Positions 9,901 to 18,872 of a stretch of 64,000 nt of DNA are shown one piece after another. The stretch comes from Alphaproteobacteria bacterium (GTDB lineage: Bacteria; Pseudomonadota; Alphaproteobacteria; UBA7887). The notes under the pieces were generated by a model, which worked only from the letters and a program-made list of their open reading frames with translations, did not search any database and was not told the origin of the DNA. The DNA is taken from NCBI GenBank assembly GCA_965216755.1, contig CBDCGL010000011.1, positions 3,808,001 to 3,872,000 of the forward strand, written 5' to 3'. The translations under genes and the position numbers were made by a program. Position 1 is the stretch's first letter. The number at the start of each line of letters is the position of its first letter.

Positions 9901-10171
9901 CCAAGCTTTGGCTGTAGATATGCTCGACACCGTCGATCCCCGTCACAATGGCTTCGAGAGGTTTGGTCACCAGCTCGACGGCGTCGGCGGCCAGTAGACC
10001 GTCGGCGGCGACCAATATGTCGACCATGGGCACGCTGATTTGCGGCTCCTCTTCGCGCGAGATTGTCAGCAGCGCCAGAAGGCCCAGGGCGAGGGCGGCG
10101 AAAAGGAACAGGGGCGTCAACGGCGCGCGGATCGAGGCGCGGGTCAGATACCCGGAAAGGCCAAGCTTCAT
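6959..10171 (-). CDS. RND efflux transporter permease subunit (AcrB family)
   Basis: 1070 aa; REEEPQI, GILVDDAIVLIENI, GIIVRNSILLVDF, RFKPIMLT. Confidence 0.95.
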   Translation of the reverse strand: MKLGLSGYLTRASIRAPLTPLFLFAALALGLLALLTISREEEPQISVPMVDILVAADGLLAADAVELVTKPLEAIVTGIDGVEHIYSQSLDDRVIVTARFLVGTDADDAILRVHEKIRANYDQIPIGIAEPLVIGRGINDVAVVVITLTPQPAAAARWTDKDLYQLADELRAELTKVPETGLSYVVGGTPEQIRIEPDPERLTQYGVTLQQLIAKVRGANRSFVAGEVRKGGQMRTVAAGQTLSGVPDIGLLMLTTRDGRPVYVNDVAAVVVGPSVAEHRVWHMVPRPNGQPLATPAASLAVAKRAGANAVDIAEELRAAIDRLRGPLIPPEIDVHITRDYGETADEKANELLFHLALATISIVFLIAVAIGRREALVTLVVIPTTILLTLFAANLMGYTINRVSLFALIFAIGILVDDAIVLIENIARHWQMADGRSRAQAAIEAVAEVGNPTIIATLTVIAALLPMLFVSGLMGPYMAPIPVNASAAMLFSFFVAVTIAPWLMLKLAPRATATSSGHHGHDHVGALGRIYRVVARPIIGTRLGALAFLVLVGLGTLAAAFLFATKSVTVKLLPFDNKSELQVVVDLPEGASLEDTERVLFAAGRRLASVPEVVSMQVYAGTAAPFNFNGLVRHSYLRRSPELGDLQINLVPKGERDRASHAIALDVRARLADLPVPAGTVVKVVEVPPGPPVLATLLAEIYGPDAETRRTVAGEIRKIFAEVPFIVDHDDSIGAPRPRLRLAIDQDQLEHFGVEQRDVYDTVRALLSGVPVGYSHRGAGRNPVEIAVRLPKRDLTWHERLASTPVPANAMPGHRGIVELGDVVTVSEETGSLPLFRRNGRFTEMVMGELAGAYEAPIYGMIDVAERIDSHPWGDLPKPDIQLYGQPGDESKVTLLWDGEWEITYVTFRDMGAAFAVAILAIYVLVVGQFGSFRLPLVVLTPIPLTLIGIVPGHWLFGAPFTATSMIGFIALAGIIVRNSILLVDFIRHDQNHGKPLRAVLLDAGAIRFKPIMLTALAAMIGAAVILFDPIFQGLAISLLFGLASSTVLTVLVIPAIYVVLRDDREAMT

Positions 10172-11175
10172 GGCAGCACCAGTGAATCGTCGGCGCGAAG
10201 ACCGGAAAGGACTTCGACGCCATCGGGCATATCGGGAAGCGCGAGCACCTGTCCCCGCTGCACGGGTACGTCCAGGGTAGTGCCGTCGGTGGTGACGGTC
10301 GCATAATCGACGCCGAAGCGCGTGCTGAGATAGGCGGCGGGCACGACGATCGTTGTGCGGGACCCGGTCGTCACCCAGACGCGGATCCGTTCGCCAACGA
10401 AGTAGTCGCCGAGATTTTCGACCGTGGCGTCGGCGATCACGCGGCCATCAACCAGTTCGGGGTAAACTGTGACAATTTGGCCGAACCGAGCGGGTGTGCC
10501 GCTTTCGACATCGATGTCTGTTTCGATCGGATCGCCGACCGCAAGAAACCGCGCGTGGCGTTCGGGCAGGCGCAGCCTCAGCACATAGTCGGCCTCCGCA
10601 ATCATGGCGATCGGTTCGCCGGCCATGATGACCGCCCCGGCGATGACCGGTACCGACAACACACGTCCGGCCGTGGGTGCGATCACTTCGCCTTCGGCGC
10701 GTTGTTGGGTGATGACCCGGCGTTCCGCCTGTCGCGCCGCCAAGGCGTTGCGCGCGACGTCGACAGCGGTTTGGGCATCGTCCAAGCGCGCGCGCGGAAT
10801 CGTCCCACGCCCGAACAGGTCTTCGGCCCTGGCCAAATCGGTTTCTGCCTGATCGCGCTGCGCGCTGAGGCCGGCGATCTGCGCGTCGATCGATTGCAGT
10901 TGCAGCGCCAGTTTTGCGTCGCCGACCACGGCAATCACCTCGCCGGCGCGCACAGCGGCGCCTTCATCGATCAAAAGGCTAGCTATCGTGCCGCCAATGC
11001 GTGCGCGCGCGGCGATGACGTTTGCGCTTTCGACGGTGGCGAACACCGCCTTCCTGTCCGCGACTTGGCGCGGCGAAACATGGAACGATTCGGCGCTGGC
11101 TGCGCCCACCGCCACAAACGTGCTGGCGATGAGCGGAGCTACCAAAACGCGAGAAAGGGCCCGGACGTTAAGCAT
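10168..11175 (-). CDS. RND periplasmic adaptor (membrane fusion protein)
   Basis: ATG 11175 overlapping the ArsR stop; signal-like N-terminus; lipoyl-like halves ARIGGTI..EG..V.AG and APTAGRV around a coiled coil. Confidence 0.9.
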   Translation of the reverse strand: MLNVRALSRVLVAPLIASTFVAVGAASAESFHVSPRQVADRKAVFATVESANVIAARARIGGTIASLLIDEGAAVRAGEVIAVVGDAKLALQLQSIDAQIAGLSAQRDQAETDLARAEDLFGRGTIPRARLDDAQTAVDVARNALAARQAERRVITQQRAEGEVIAPTAGRVLSVPVIAGAVIMAGEPIAMIAEADYVLRLRLPERHARFLAVGDPIETDIDVESGTPARFGQIVTVYPELVDGRVIADATVENLGDYFVGERIRVWVTTGSRTTIVVPAAYLSTRFGVDYATVTTDGTTLDVPVQRGQVLALPDMPDGVEVLSGLRADDSLVLP

Positions 11176-11521
11176 CTCGATCCTCTCTTCCGTTGTCGGT
11201 GCAAAGATTGGCGGCATGGGCGGGCGCGCAGAAACTGCGATAAAGCGTTTCCACGAGAGCTCGGGCGGGGGCGCTGCCGATCCGGTAATAGATGGTTTGA
11301 CCCTCACGCCGGGCGGCGACAATGCCGTCTTTGCGCATGAGCGCCAAATGCTGAGACGCGCTTGACGGCCGAATGCCAAGCAGGGCCGCAAGCTCGGTCA
11401 CCGAACATTCGCCGTCGGACAACAGGCAAACGATCATCAGTCGATGGCGGTTGGACAGGGCCTTGAGCAGCTCAGTGGCTTGGTTGGCGGCGCTGGCCAT
11501 GTGTGGAATTTGTATATTCAT
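11168..11521 (-). CDS. ArsR/SmtB-family repressor, SqrR/BigR/YgaV (persulfide-sensing) subtype
   Basis: LKALSNRHRLMIVCLL...SQHLA.MR..G.V..RREGQTIYY...LYRSFC, with the two diagnostic Cys (helix 2 and C-terminal). Confidence 0.85.
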   Translation of the reverse strand: MNIQIPHMASAANQATELLKALSNRHRLMIVCLLSDGECSVTELAALLGIRPSSASQHLALMRKDGIVAARREGQTIYYRIGSAPARALVETLYRSFCAPAHAANLCTDNGREDRDA

Positions 11522-11535
11522 AGTTGCGAATATAC
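11512..11535. promoter_or_regulatory. Operator palindrome GTATATTC-N8-GAATATAC (SqrR-type ATTC-N8-GAAT)
   Basis: Perfect 8-bp arms overlapping the repressor start codon; TTGACA at 11551-11556 faces the divergent gene. Confidence 0.75.
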
Positions 11536-11629
11536 GGATTTACGATTATATTGACAAGTGCCCGGTCGGTCGGCGCGACGCGGTGATCGGAATGGGCGCG
11601 AAATCTTGTCGAAATCGAAGGATTGAGTC

Positions 11630-11839
11630 ATGACTTTCACATTAGACCGGGCCGTTCTGGCGTTCGCCGGATTTATGGTGTTGGCAAGCGCCGCGTTGTC
11701 TTATTTCGTTCATCCGGCATGGATATTGTTGACCGTGTTTGTCGGGGTCAACTTGATCCAATCGGCGTTTACACGCTTTTGCCCGGCCGCCAGTTTCTTC
11801 AAATGGCTTGGTATAAGATCGGGCAACGCATTCGGCTGA
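11630..11839 (+). CDS. DUF2892 / YgaP-like small membrane protein
   Basis: LDRAVLAFAG...FVGVNLIQSAFTRFCPA; AAGGA RBS. Confidence 0.88.
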   Translation: MTFTLDRAVLAFAGFMVLASAALSYFVHPAWILLTVFVGVNLIQSAFTRFCPAASFFKWLGIRSGNAFG

Positions 11840-11938
11840 TTCGCCGATAACCGACGGCATTAAGGCGACCGGCCCTTGCGATTGTCTTGGCGACGATCGC
11901 CGGGCCGCGCCGCCCTGCTTTTCTCAGGGGTTTTCCGA

Positions 11939-12673
11939 ATGACAGACCGTTCTTTGACGTCGTATGCCGTGTGGGATCGGCCGACACGACTATTTCATTG
12001 GGTCAATTTTGTTACCGTGGTGGCGCTGGCCACGGTTGGCACGGCAATCCTTTACGCCAAGGAACTCGGCGTGACCAACGACGGTAAAATCTTGCTCAAG
12101 ACCGTCCACGTCTGGTTCGGCTATGTCTTTGTGATCAACCTGCTGTGGCGCGTGATATGGGCGTTCATCGGCAATCGGTATGCGCGCTGGCGATCGCTGT
12201 TGCCATTTGGCCCCGGATTCGGACAGGCTTTGTCGGCCTATCGGGACGGGCTGGGGCGTGCCGACGGACCACGGTATCTCGGCCACAATCCGATCGGGCG
12301 CATGATGGTGGCGGTTCTGCTTTTGCTACTCATTGCGCAGGCGGTGACCGGGATCGTGTTGGCCGGAACCGATATTTACTACCCGCCACTCGGTTCGTGG
12401 ATCGCCAATTGGGTGGCGGCCGCCGGCGTCGATCCGGCGTCTTTGGTGCCGTATGACAAAACCGGAATCGATGAGGCCGCATGGGAAGCGATGCGCGGGT
12501 TTCGCACACCGTTCATCAGCGTCCACTATTGGGTTTTCTATGGATTGTTGGCCGCGGTGGTTGTGCACATAGTCGGCGTGTTGGTAACCGAATTGCGCGA
12601 AGGTGGCGCCATTGTCTCGGCAATGTTTACCGGTCACAAGACCTTCGACCATCCGCCGGTGGACGCCGATTAG
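11939..12673 (+). CDS. Cytochrome b/b6-domain membrane protein (Ni-hydrogenase cytochrome b family)
   Basis: VWDRPTRLFHW, VHVWFG, GHNPIG, and two C-terminal TM His (VHYW, VHIV). Confidence 0.85.
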   Translation: MTDRSLTSYAVWDRPTRLFHWVNFVTVVALATVGTAILYAKELGVTNDGKILLKTVHVWFGYVFVINLLWRVIWAFIGNRYARWRSLLPFGPGFGQALSAYRDGLGRADGPRYLGHNPIGRMMVAVLLLLLIAQAVTGIVLAGTDIYYPPLGSWIANWVAAAGVDPASLVPYDKTGIDEAAWEAMRGFRTPFISVHYWVFYGLLAAVVVHIVGVLVTELREGGAIVSAMFTGHKTFDHPPVDAD

Positions 12674-12676
12674 GCG

Positions 12677-13150
12677 TCAGGGTGTTTGGTTGGTGTCTGC
12701 GCGGCCTTGAATGACCGTGCCGGCGACGCGGCGCGTTTGGCCGCGCACCATGGCAACAAGGCGGCCATTGCCCGCGGTGATTCGAATGTCGTAGACGGCG
12801 TTACGGCCGAAGACGGTTTGTTCTTCGGCCGCCGCGGTAAGGCGCTCACCTATTGTGGCGCTAGCAACAAACGTTATGGTCGCGCCGACCGCCACGGCAA
12901 CCTGGTTGTAGGCGTTCGAGGCATAGGCCATGGCCGCGTCGGCAATGGTAAACAAAACGCCGCCATGACACAGGTCGTGACCATTGACCATGTCATCGCG
13001 CACGGTCATGGTGATCGTGGCTTGTCCGGGCCCGACGGTCAGAAGTTCCATGCCGTGGGCTTGGAAAACATGGTCCCGCGGCATCATGTCGTCGGCGACC
13101 GCCTGGGCCAGTGCCTGCGGATTCTTGGGGGGCTCGACCATACCGGTCAT
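12677..13150 (-). CDS. paaI: PaaI-type hydroxyphenylacetyl-CoA thioesterase (hotdog fold)
   Basis: MVNGHDLCHGGVLFTIADAAMAYASN; coupled to paaG. Confidence 0.88.
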   Translation of the reverse strand: MTGMVEPPKNPQALAQAVADDMMPRDHVFQAHGMELLTVGPGQATITMTVRDDMVNGHDLCHGGVLFTIADAAMAYASNAYNQVAVAVGATITFVASATIGERLTAAAEEQTVFGRNAVYDIRITAGNGRLVAMVRGQTRRVAGTVIQGRADTNQTP

Positions 13151-13932
13151 GTGCCCGAAAAGTTCGGCGGTCGTTTCTCCAGGAATGCCTGGATGCCCTC
13201 GCGATAGTCATTCCCCATCCCAGCGACCCGTTGCAAGTCACGCTCCAGATCTAGTTGTGTATCCAAATCATTCGCCAGCGAGGCATAAAGCGCACGTTTG
13301 ATCAGGCCGATTGTGCGTGTCGGTTGCGTGGCCAAGGTGCGTGCCAGGTTGGCAACTTCGTCTTGCAAGGCGTCGTCGTCGACACAGCGCCAGATCAGGC
13401 CCCACGCGGCCGCGGTCTCGGCGTCGAGGGGCGCGCCGGTCATGGCCAGAGCCATGGCGCGTTGCAGGCCAACCAGACGCGGCAGCAAAAACGTCCCGCC
13501 GGCATCCGGCACCAGACCGATCTTGACGAATGCTTGGATGAAGCTGGCCGACCGGGCGGCCAGAACCAGATCGCAACCGAGCGCGATATTGGCACCGGCA
13601 CCGGCCGCGACGCCGTTGACAGCGGCGATCACGGGCATGGGCAAGCGTCGCAAGGCACGCACAAAGGGGTTGTAGTTTTTGTCCAGCCCGGCCCCGAGAT
13701 CGACGGTCTCGTCCGCCGGAAACTTGCGCTCGCCAAGGTCCTGACCGGCACAAAAGGCGCGGCCGGCGCCGGTCAACACCAACGCCCGCGCGCCGTCCGA
13801 CTTCACCTGTTTCAGCGCCTGGCGCAGTTCGACATGCATGGTGGCAGTAAAGGCATTTAGCTTGTCGGGCCGATTGAGGGTGATGGTGGCGACGTTGTCG
13901 GCGCAGTCCAACAGGATGGTCTCGAAAGTCAT
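13147..13932 (-). CDS. paaG: 2-(1,2-epoxy-1,2-dihydrophenyl)acetyl-CoA isomerase
   Basis: FCAGQDL, YNPFVR, AAGAGANIALGCD, GLVPDAGGT (Asp-type crotonase lacking the hydratase glutamates). Confidence 0.88.
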   Translation of the reverse strand: MTFETILLDCADNVATITLNRPDKLNAFTATMHVELRQALKQVKSDGARALVLTGAGRAFCAGQDLGERKFPADETVDLGAGLDKNYNPFVRALRRLPMPVIAAVNGVAAGAGANIALGCDLVLAARSASFIQAFVKIGLVPDAGGTFLLPRLVGLQRAMALAMTGAPLDAETAAAWGLIWRCVDDDALQDEVANLARTLATQPTRTIGLIKRALYASLANDLDTQLDLERDLQRVAGMGNDYREGIQAFLEKRPPNFSGT

Positions 13933-13934
13933 GG

Positions 13935-14714
13935 TCAACGGCCCTTGAATGTGGCTGGTCGTTTTTCGATGAAGGCAGCCGTGCCTTCGTCCTTGTCTTC
14001 GGTCGCAAATGTGACGTTGAACGCGCGCCGTTCATAGTCGAGCCCGGCGGACAAGGGCGTATCATAAGCACGCAGCACCGCGTCTTTGGCCATACGCAAG
14101 GCGATTGGGCCCTTGCTTGCGATTTTTTCCGCCAAGTCCAGGGCCCGCTCAACAGTCAGCTCCGCCGGCACGACCTCGGCCACCAATCCGGCCCGCATGG
14201 CTTCCGCGGCGTCGATAAACTCGCCCGACAAAACCATTTTCATGGCTAATGATTTGCCGATGGTGCGGGGCAGACGCTGGGTGCCGCCGGCGCCTGGGAT
14301 CAGGCCCAAATTGATCTCCGGTTGACCGAATTGGGCGTTGTCGCCGGCGATGACGATATCGCTGTGCATGGCCAACTCACAGCCACCGCCCAGACAAAAG
14401 CCGTTGACAGCCGCGATCAAAGGCTTGGGAAAATCGCGCACCGTTTGCCAATTGGTCAGGCGTGTATCGGAAACGATCGACACCAGATCATGGGCATTGA
14501 GTTCGTTGATGTCGGCACCGGCGGCGAACGCGCGGCCGTCCCCGGTCATGACCACACAACGGACGTCGTCGTTGGTCGCGGCGTCGCGCAGCGCGGTGGC
14601 CACCTCGCCCATCAATTGGGCGCGCAGCGCGTTGAGCTGTTTGGGCCGGTTGAGTCGCAGCAAAAGCACGTGCGGGCGCGGCGTTGTGAGAGCAATGTCT
14701 TGGGTTTCGGCCAT
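13935..14714 (-). CDS. paaF: 2,3-dehydroadipyl-CoA hydratase (enoyl-CoA hydratase)
   Basis: AGGAGG RBS; FAAGADI, GGGCELAMHSD, QPEINLGLIPGAGGTQRL; upstream of paaG. Confidence 0.85.
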   Translation of the reverse strand: MAETQDIALTTPRPHVLLLRLNRPKQLNALRAQLMGEVATALRDAATNDDVRCVVMTGDGRAFAAGADINELNAHDLVSIVSDTRLTNWQTVRDFPKPLIAAVNGFCLGGGCELAMHSDIVIAGDNAQFGQPEINLGLIPGAGGTQRLPRTIGKSLAMKMVLSGEFIDAAEAMRAGLVAEVVPAELTVERALDLAEKIASKGPIALRMAKDAVLRAYDTPLSAGLDYERRAFNVTFATEDKDEGTAAFIEKRPATFKGR

Positions 14715-14786
14715 GGCTCCTCCTTGTTCCACCGCTGGTCTAGCGCAATCGACCCGTTCTGCAAAGTGCGCTAGGGTCGACCCGCT

Positions 14787-14891
14787 ATGATGACCCATTT
14801 GAAAGTCGTGGCGATTGCCACCGTTTTCGGTCTTGGGGCCTACGCAATTGTCTATGGCCTCGGCCTGTTGTTGACAGGGCTGACCCCGTGA
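14787..14891 (+). CDS. Putative 34-aa single-TM small protein (below the ORF-track cutoff)
   Basis: MMTHLKVVAIATVFGLGAYAIVYGLGLLLTGLTP; stop overlaps the next GTG start (GTGA). Confidence 0.5.
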   Translation: MMTHLKVVAIATVFGLGAYAIVYGLGLLLTGLTP

Positions 14892-15532
14892 CGACGATGT
14901 CGGTGATTGATCCGAAAACGTTCTTGGTCGATGGGCCCGCACGCGCCAAGCGCACCGTGATCCTGGCCCATGGGGCCGGCGCGCCGATGGACAGCCCGTT
15001 CATGGAGACCGTGGCGCGCGGTTTGGCCGAACGCGGTCTGCGCGTGGTGCGATTTGAGTTCCCCTATATGGCGGCGCGGCGGGACACGGGCGGCAGAAGA
15101 CCGCCCGATCGGGCGCCGGTGCTTTCGGATTGTTGGCGAAAAGTCATCGCGGCTTTGGTACCGGCCGACAGGCTCGTGATCGGCGGCAAATCCATGGGGG
15201 GGCGGATCGCCAGTCTGGTTGCCGACGAAAGTGATGTCGCGGGCCTGGCCTGCCTCGGCTACCCGTTCCACCCGCCCGGAAAACCAGAGCGCGTGCGGAC
15301 CGAGCATTTGGCGGCGTTGCGAACGCCGAGTTTGTTCTTACAGGGCGAGCGCGACGCGCTCGGCAATCGCGATGACGTGGCGGGCTACGCGCTTTCGCCG
15401 GCCATCACAATGCACTGGCTGGCCGATGGCGACCATTCGTTCAAGCCGCGCAAGCCGTCGGGCCGCACGGAAGCGCAAAATTTGGAGGAGGCGGTCACGA
15501 CGTTGGCCGCGTTTTGCGCGCGTCTAAAGTAA
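14888..15532 (+). CDS. Alpha/beta hydrolase (KANL3/Tex30-like)
   Basis: AHGAGAPMDS, GGKSMGGR nucleophile elbow, GYPFHPPGK, QGERD, DGDHSF. Confidence 0.88.
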   Translation: MTTMSVIDPKTFLVDGPARAKRTVILAHGAGAPMDSPFMETVARGLAERGLRVVRFEFPYMAARRDTGGRRPPDRAPVLSDCWRKVIAALVPADRLVIGGKSMGGRIASLVADESDVAGLACLGYPFHPPGKPERVRTEHLAALRTPSLFLQGERDALGNRDDVAGYALSPAITMHWLADGDHSFKPRKPSGRTEAQNLEEAVTTLAAFCARLK

Positions 15533-15535
15533 CGG

Positions 15536-16879
15536 CTAACTGGGCCTTTCCAGACCAAGGGATTTGAGCGCACGCGCCTGGCGCCGGTTGATCTTGGCGA
15601 CGTCGAATCCTTCGATCAGGCCCTCGAACATGCGGTGCCAGTTGATTTCCGCGCGCAGATGCAGAAACACCGAACCGAGCCCGACCGCCGCGCGATCCAC
15701 AAAGACAAACTCGCGTGGCGGCTTAACGCCACCAAGCCGTTTCAGGTCGGCGTGGACCTGCTGGGCAACCTCGTGGCCATAGTGGCCGGACGAACCGTCC
15801 TGGATGCGCCGGTCCCGATCCTCTAACAGCGGTGCATAGACATATTCGGCCCAGCGGTTGAGAACATCGATCACCTCGCGACTGACATTCTTGAAACCCC
15901 AGCTCTCATAGGCGTGGACGGCCAGCTCTTCGTCATCGGTTTGGAGCGCGCGGTACAGATCGATGACACCCTGAATAAAGCGGCCGTCGAAGATGCGGAC
16001 GCAGCCAAAGTCGAGCAGGTTTATGGCGTAATCGTCACGCACGGTGTAGTTGCCGAGATGTGGGTCACCGTGGATCACGCCATAGTCGTAGAACGGCACA
16101 TACCAGGCGCGGAACATATTGTGCGCCAACTGGTTGCGCACCTCGATCGGCGCGCTCTTAAAGTCCATCAGGGGCCCCCCTTCAAGCCACACCATGGTGA
16201 GCAGCCGACGCGTGGAGAGGTCGTCGATGACTTCCGGCACGTGGATGTCTGGTTCGTGTTTCAGAATGCGGCGATAAAGGCGGATGTGCCGCGCTTCGCG
16301 TTCATAGTCGAGCTCTTCGCGCAGCCGGTCGCCGATTTCCTGGTGGATCTCGCGCGGATCGATGCTTTTGTCGTAGCGCCGATAGATACCGAAAATCAGC
16401 TTAAGTTGGTTGAGATCGGCTTCGACCGCCGCGGCCATGTCGGGATACTGCAGTTTGCACGCCAAATCCCGCCCATCCAAGCCGACGGCGCGATGCACCT
16501 GGCCCAACGACGCGGCGCGCGCCGCCTTCTGTTCAAAACGGGCGAACTTATCTTGCCAATCTGGCCCAAGTTCCGTGGTCATACGTCGGCGCACGAACGG
16601 CCAGCCCATAGACGGCGCGTCGGCCTGCAATTGCGCGAGCTCACCGGCATATTCCGACGGCAGCGCATCCGGGATGGTCGACAGCAACTGGGCAACCTTC
16701 ATCAGCGGACCTTTGAGTCCGCCCAAGGCCGCGCGCAAATCCTCGGCGTGGCGGCGCCGGTCCAACGGCATGCCCAAATAGCGCTCGCCCGCAAGCCGGG
16801 CGGCCAGGCCGCCAACACGAGTCGAGACCTGGGCGTAGCGCCGAACCCGTCGGCCTATGCTCTGGTCGTCCGCGGACAC
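15536..16879 (-). CDS. ABC1/UbiB/AarF atypical kinase family protein
   Basis: LKGPLMKVAQ, AASLGQVH, CKLQYP, EELDY..EA, HGDPHLGN, LLDFG. Confidence 0.92.
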   Translation of the reverse strand: MSADDQSIGRRVRRYAQVSTRVGGLAARLAGERYLGMPLDRRRHAEDLRAALGGLKGPLMKVAQLLSTIPDALPSEYAGELAQLQADAPSMGWPFVRRRMTTELGPDWQDKFARFEQKAARAASLGQVHRAVGLDGRDLACKLQYPDMAAAVEADLNQLKLIFGIYRRYDKSIDPREIHQEIGDRLREELDYEREARHIRLYRRILKHEPDIHVPEVIDDLSTRRLLTMVWLEGGPLMDFKSAPIEVRNQLAHNMFRAWYVPFYDYGVIHGDPHLGNYTVRDDYAINLLDFGCVRIFDGRFIQGVIDLYRALQTDDEELAVHAYESWGFKNVSREVIDVLNRWAEYVYAPLLEDRDRRIQDGSSGHYGHEVAQQVHADLKRLGGVKPPREFVFVDRAAVGLGSVFLHLRAEINWHRMFEGLIEGFDVAKINRRQARALKSLGLERPS

Positions 16880-16883
16880 CGAA

Positions 16884-18686
16884 CTAGACTTCAGCGTCGA
16901 GCTGATCGACGACGTTCTCGATCACATGCAATCCGCGCTGCCAGAATGCCGGATCGCTGGCATCCAACCCGAACGGTGCCAGAAGTTCTTTGTGACGCTT
17001 GCTCCCGCCCGCGCGCAACATGTCGAGATACTTGCTTTGAAAACCTTCCGGCGTGTCTCGATAGACGGCGTAAAGGGCGTTGACCAGGCAATCGCCGAAG
17101 GCATAAGCGTAGACATAGAACGGCGAATGGATGAAATGCGGGATGTAGGACCAATAAACCCGATACGGATCGGTCAGGCGAATGGCGGGACCCAGGCTTT
17201 CGCTCTGCACATCCATCCAAATTTCGCCCAAACGGTCGGCGGTTAGCTCGCCGCTGCGGCGTTCGTCATGGACCCGCGTTTCGAATCCGGCGAACGCCAC
17301 CTGGCGCACCACCGTATTGAGCATGTCTTCAACCTTGTTGGCTAACATCACTCGCCGCCGGCTCTGATCCGGCTCGCCGGCGAGTAAGGCCTGAAAGGTC
17401 AGCTGTTCGCCGAACACGCTGGCGGTCTCAGCCAGGGTGAGCGGCGTATCGGCCATCAATTGCCCTTGGTCACCCGCCAGCACCTGATGCACGCCGTGGC
17501 CCAATTCGTGGGCCAGCGTCATGACATCGTGGGTCTTGCCCTGATAGTTGAGCAACAGGTAGGGGTGCGCCGATGGCACGGTCGGATGGGCAAATGCGCC
17601 CGGGGCCTTGGCGGGGCGCACCGGGGCGTCAATCCAGGCCGAGTCGAAAAAGCGCTGGCCGATATCAGCGAGCTCCGGCGAAAAGGCAGCGTAGGCCGCC
17701 AGCACGGTTGCGCGGGCTTCATCCCAGGGGATGACCCGGTCGTCTTGCTCTGGCAGTGGCGCGTTGCGATCCCAATAATCGAGCGCGTCGACCCCCATCC
17801 AGCGCGCTTTGATCTGATAGTAGCGATGCGACAGGCGCGGAAAGCTGTTTCTGACGGCGCTGATCAGGGCGTCAACGACGTCATCCTCGACCATATTTTC
17901 CAAGTTCCGGTGGGAGATCGGCCGCGCATACTGCCGCCATCGGTCTTCGACTTCTTTGTCCTTGGCCAAGGTATTGGTGATCAGCGCGAAGGTCTGGACG
18001 TGGCGGCCCAGCACATCGGCGATGGCCGTGGCCGCCTCGCGACGCAGTGCGCCGTCGGGCGACTGGAGTTTGTCAAAAGCTTGCGCGCTGGTCAGGTCGT
18101 CGCCGCGCACGGGAAAACGCAGCCCCGCCATGGTTTCGTCGAACAGCCGGATCCAGGCGGCACGGCCGGCGACCGCCTTTTCATGAAGCAGTTTTTCCAG
18201 ATTGTCGTCCAATTGGTGTGGACGAAACACGCGGCAATCTCGGATCCAGGGTGTGTAGTGGGCCAGGGCTGGCGATTCGAGTTGGCGGGCCAAGACCGCG
18301 TCATCAATACGGTTGAGTTCGAGGGTGAGAAACAGCGTGTGCGTGGCAATGTCGTTGCAGCGCTCCTGTATGGTTTGGAAGAACCGGCCGACTTCGGGGT
18401 CGGCGATATCTGTGGCATAGGTCAGATAGGCGAAGCTCATAATGCGCCCCAGGATCTCGCTGAGGCCCTCATAGCGGCGGATCGCTTCGGCAAGTTCGTC
18501 GCCCATCAACGCGGCCAGGCGCCCGGCATAGGATTTTGCCAAGGCGCGGGCCTCGGCTTCGGCGGCGGTCAGTGCATCCGCCAATTCGGGCGAATCCGGA
18601 CCTGGAAACAGATCATTCAAGTCCCATTCCGGCAAGGTGCCCAGCGCTGGGCCTTGTGATGGTTCGCGAACGTCCGCAACGCTCAT
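16884..18686 (-). CDS. M3B oligoendopeptidase F
   Basis: WDLNDL N-terminus, TLAHELGHGVH, AETAS, HF...FYVYAYAFG; GAGGAG RBS. Confidence 0.93.
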   Translation of the reverse strand: MSVADVREPSQGPALGTLPEWDLNDLFPGPDSPELADALTAAEAEARALAKSYAGRLAALMGDELAEAIRRYEGLSEILGRIMSFAYLTYATDIADPEVGRFFQTIQERCNDIATHTLFLTLELNRIDDAVLARQLESPALAHYTPWIRDCRVFRPHQLDDNLEKLLHEKAVAGRAAWIRLFDETMAGLRFPVRGDDLTSAQAFDKLQSPDGALRREAATAIADVLGRHVQTFALITNTLAKDKEVEDRWRQYARPISHRNLENMVEDDVVDALISAVRNSFPRLSHRYYQIKARWMGVDALDYWDRNAPLPEQDDRVIPWDEARATVLAAYAAFSPELADIGQRFFDSAWIDAPVRPAKAPGAFAHPTVPSAHPYLLLNYQGKTHDVMTLAHELGHGVHQVLAGDQGQLMADTPLTLAETASVFGEQLTFQALLAGEPDQSRRRVMLANKVEDMLNTVVRQVAFAGFETRVHDERRSGELTADRLGEIWMDVQSESLGPAIRLTDPYRVYWSYIPHFIHSPFYVYAYAFGDCLVNALYAVYRDTPEGFQSKYLDMLRAGGSKRHKELLAPFGLDASDPAFWQRGLHVIENVVDQLDAEV

Positions 18687-18872
18687 GGGGTGCTCCTCGT
18701 TCCTCGCATGTGATCACGCATATGGCCGCAGTTTGAAGGCCTGCCAAGTCTTTGATTGTGGCAACGCGGATTCAGTTTATGTCAAAAAACGTCTATCGTG
18801 AGGACCGCGCGAATAGGGCCGCCGGCGCCAGGCGCGTTTGCAAGATGTCGGCGCGTTCATAGGGGGGCATGC

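Noticed and set aside
11939-12673. Hydrogenase operon
   Set aside because: No hydrogenase subunits or maturation genes in the window.
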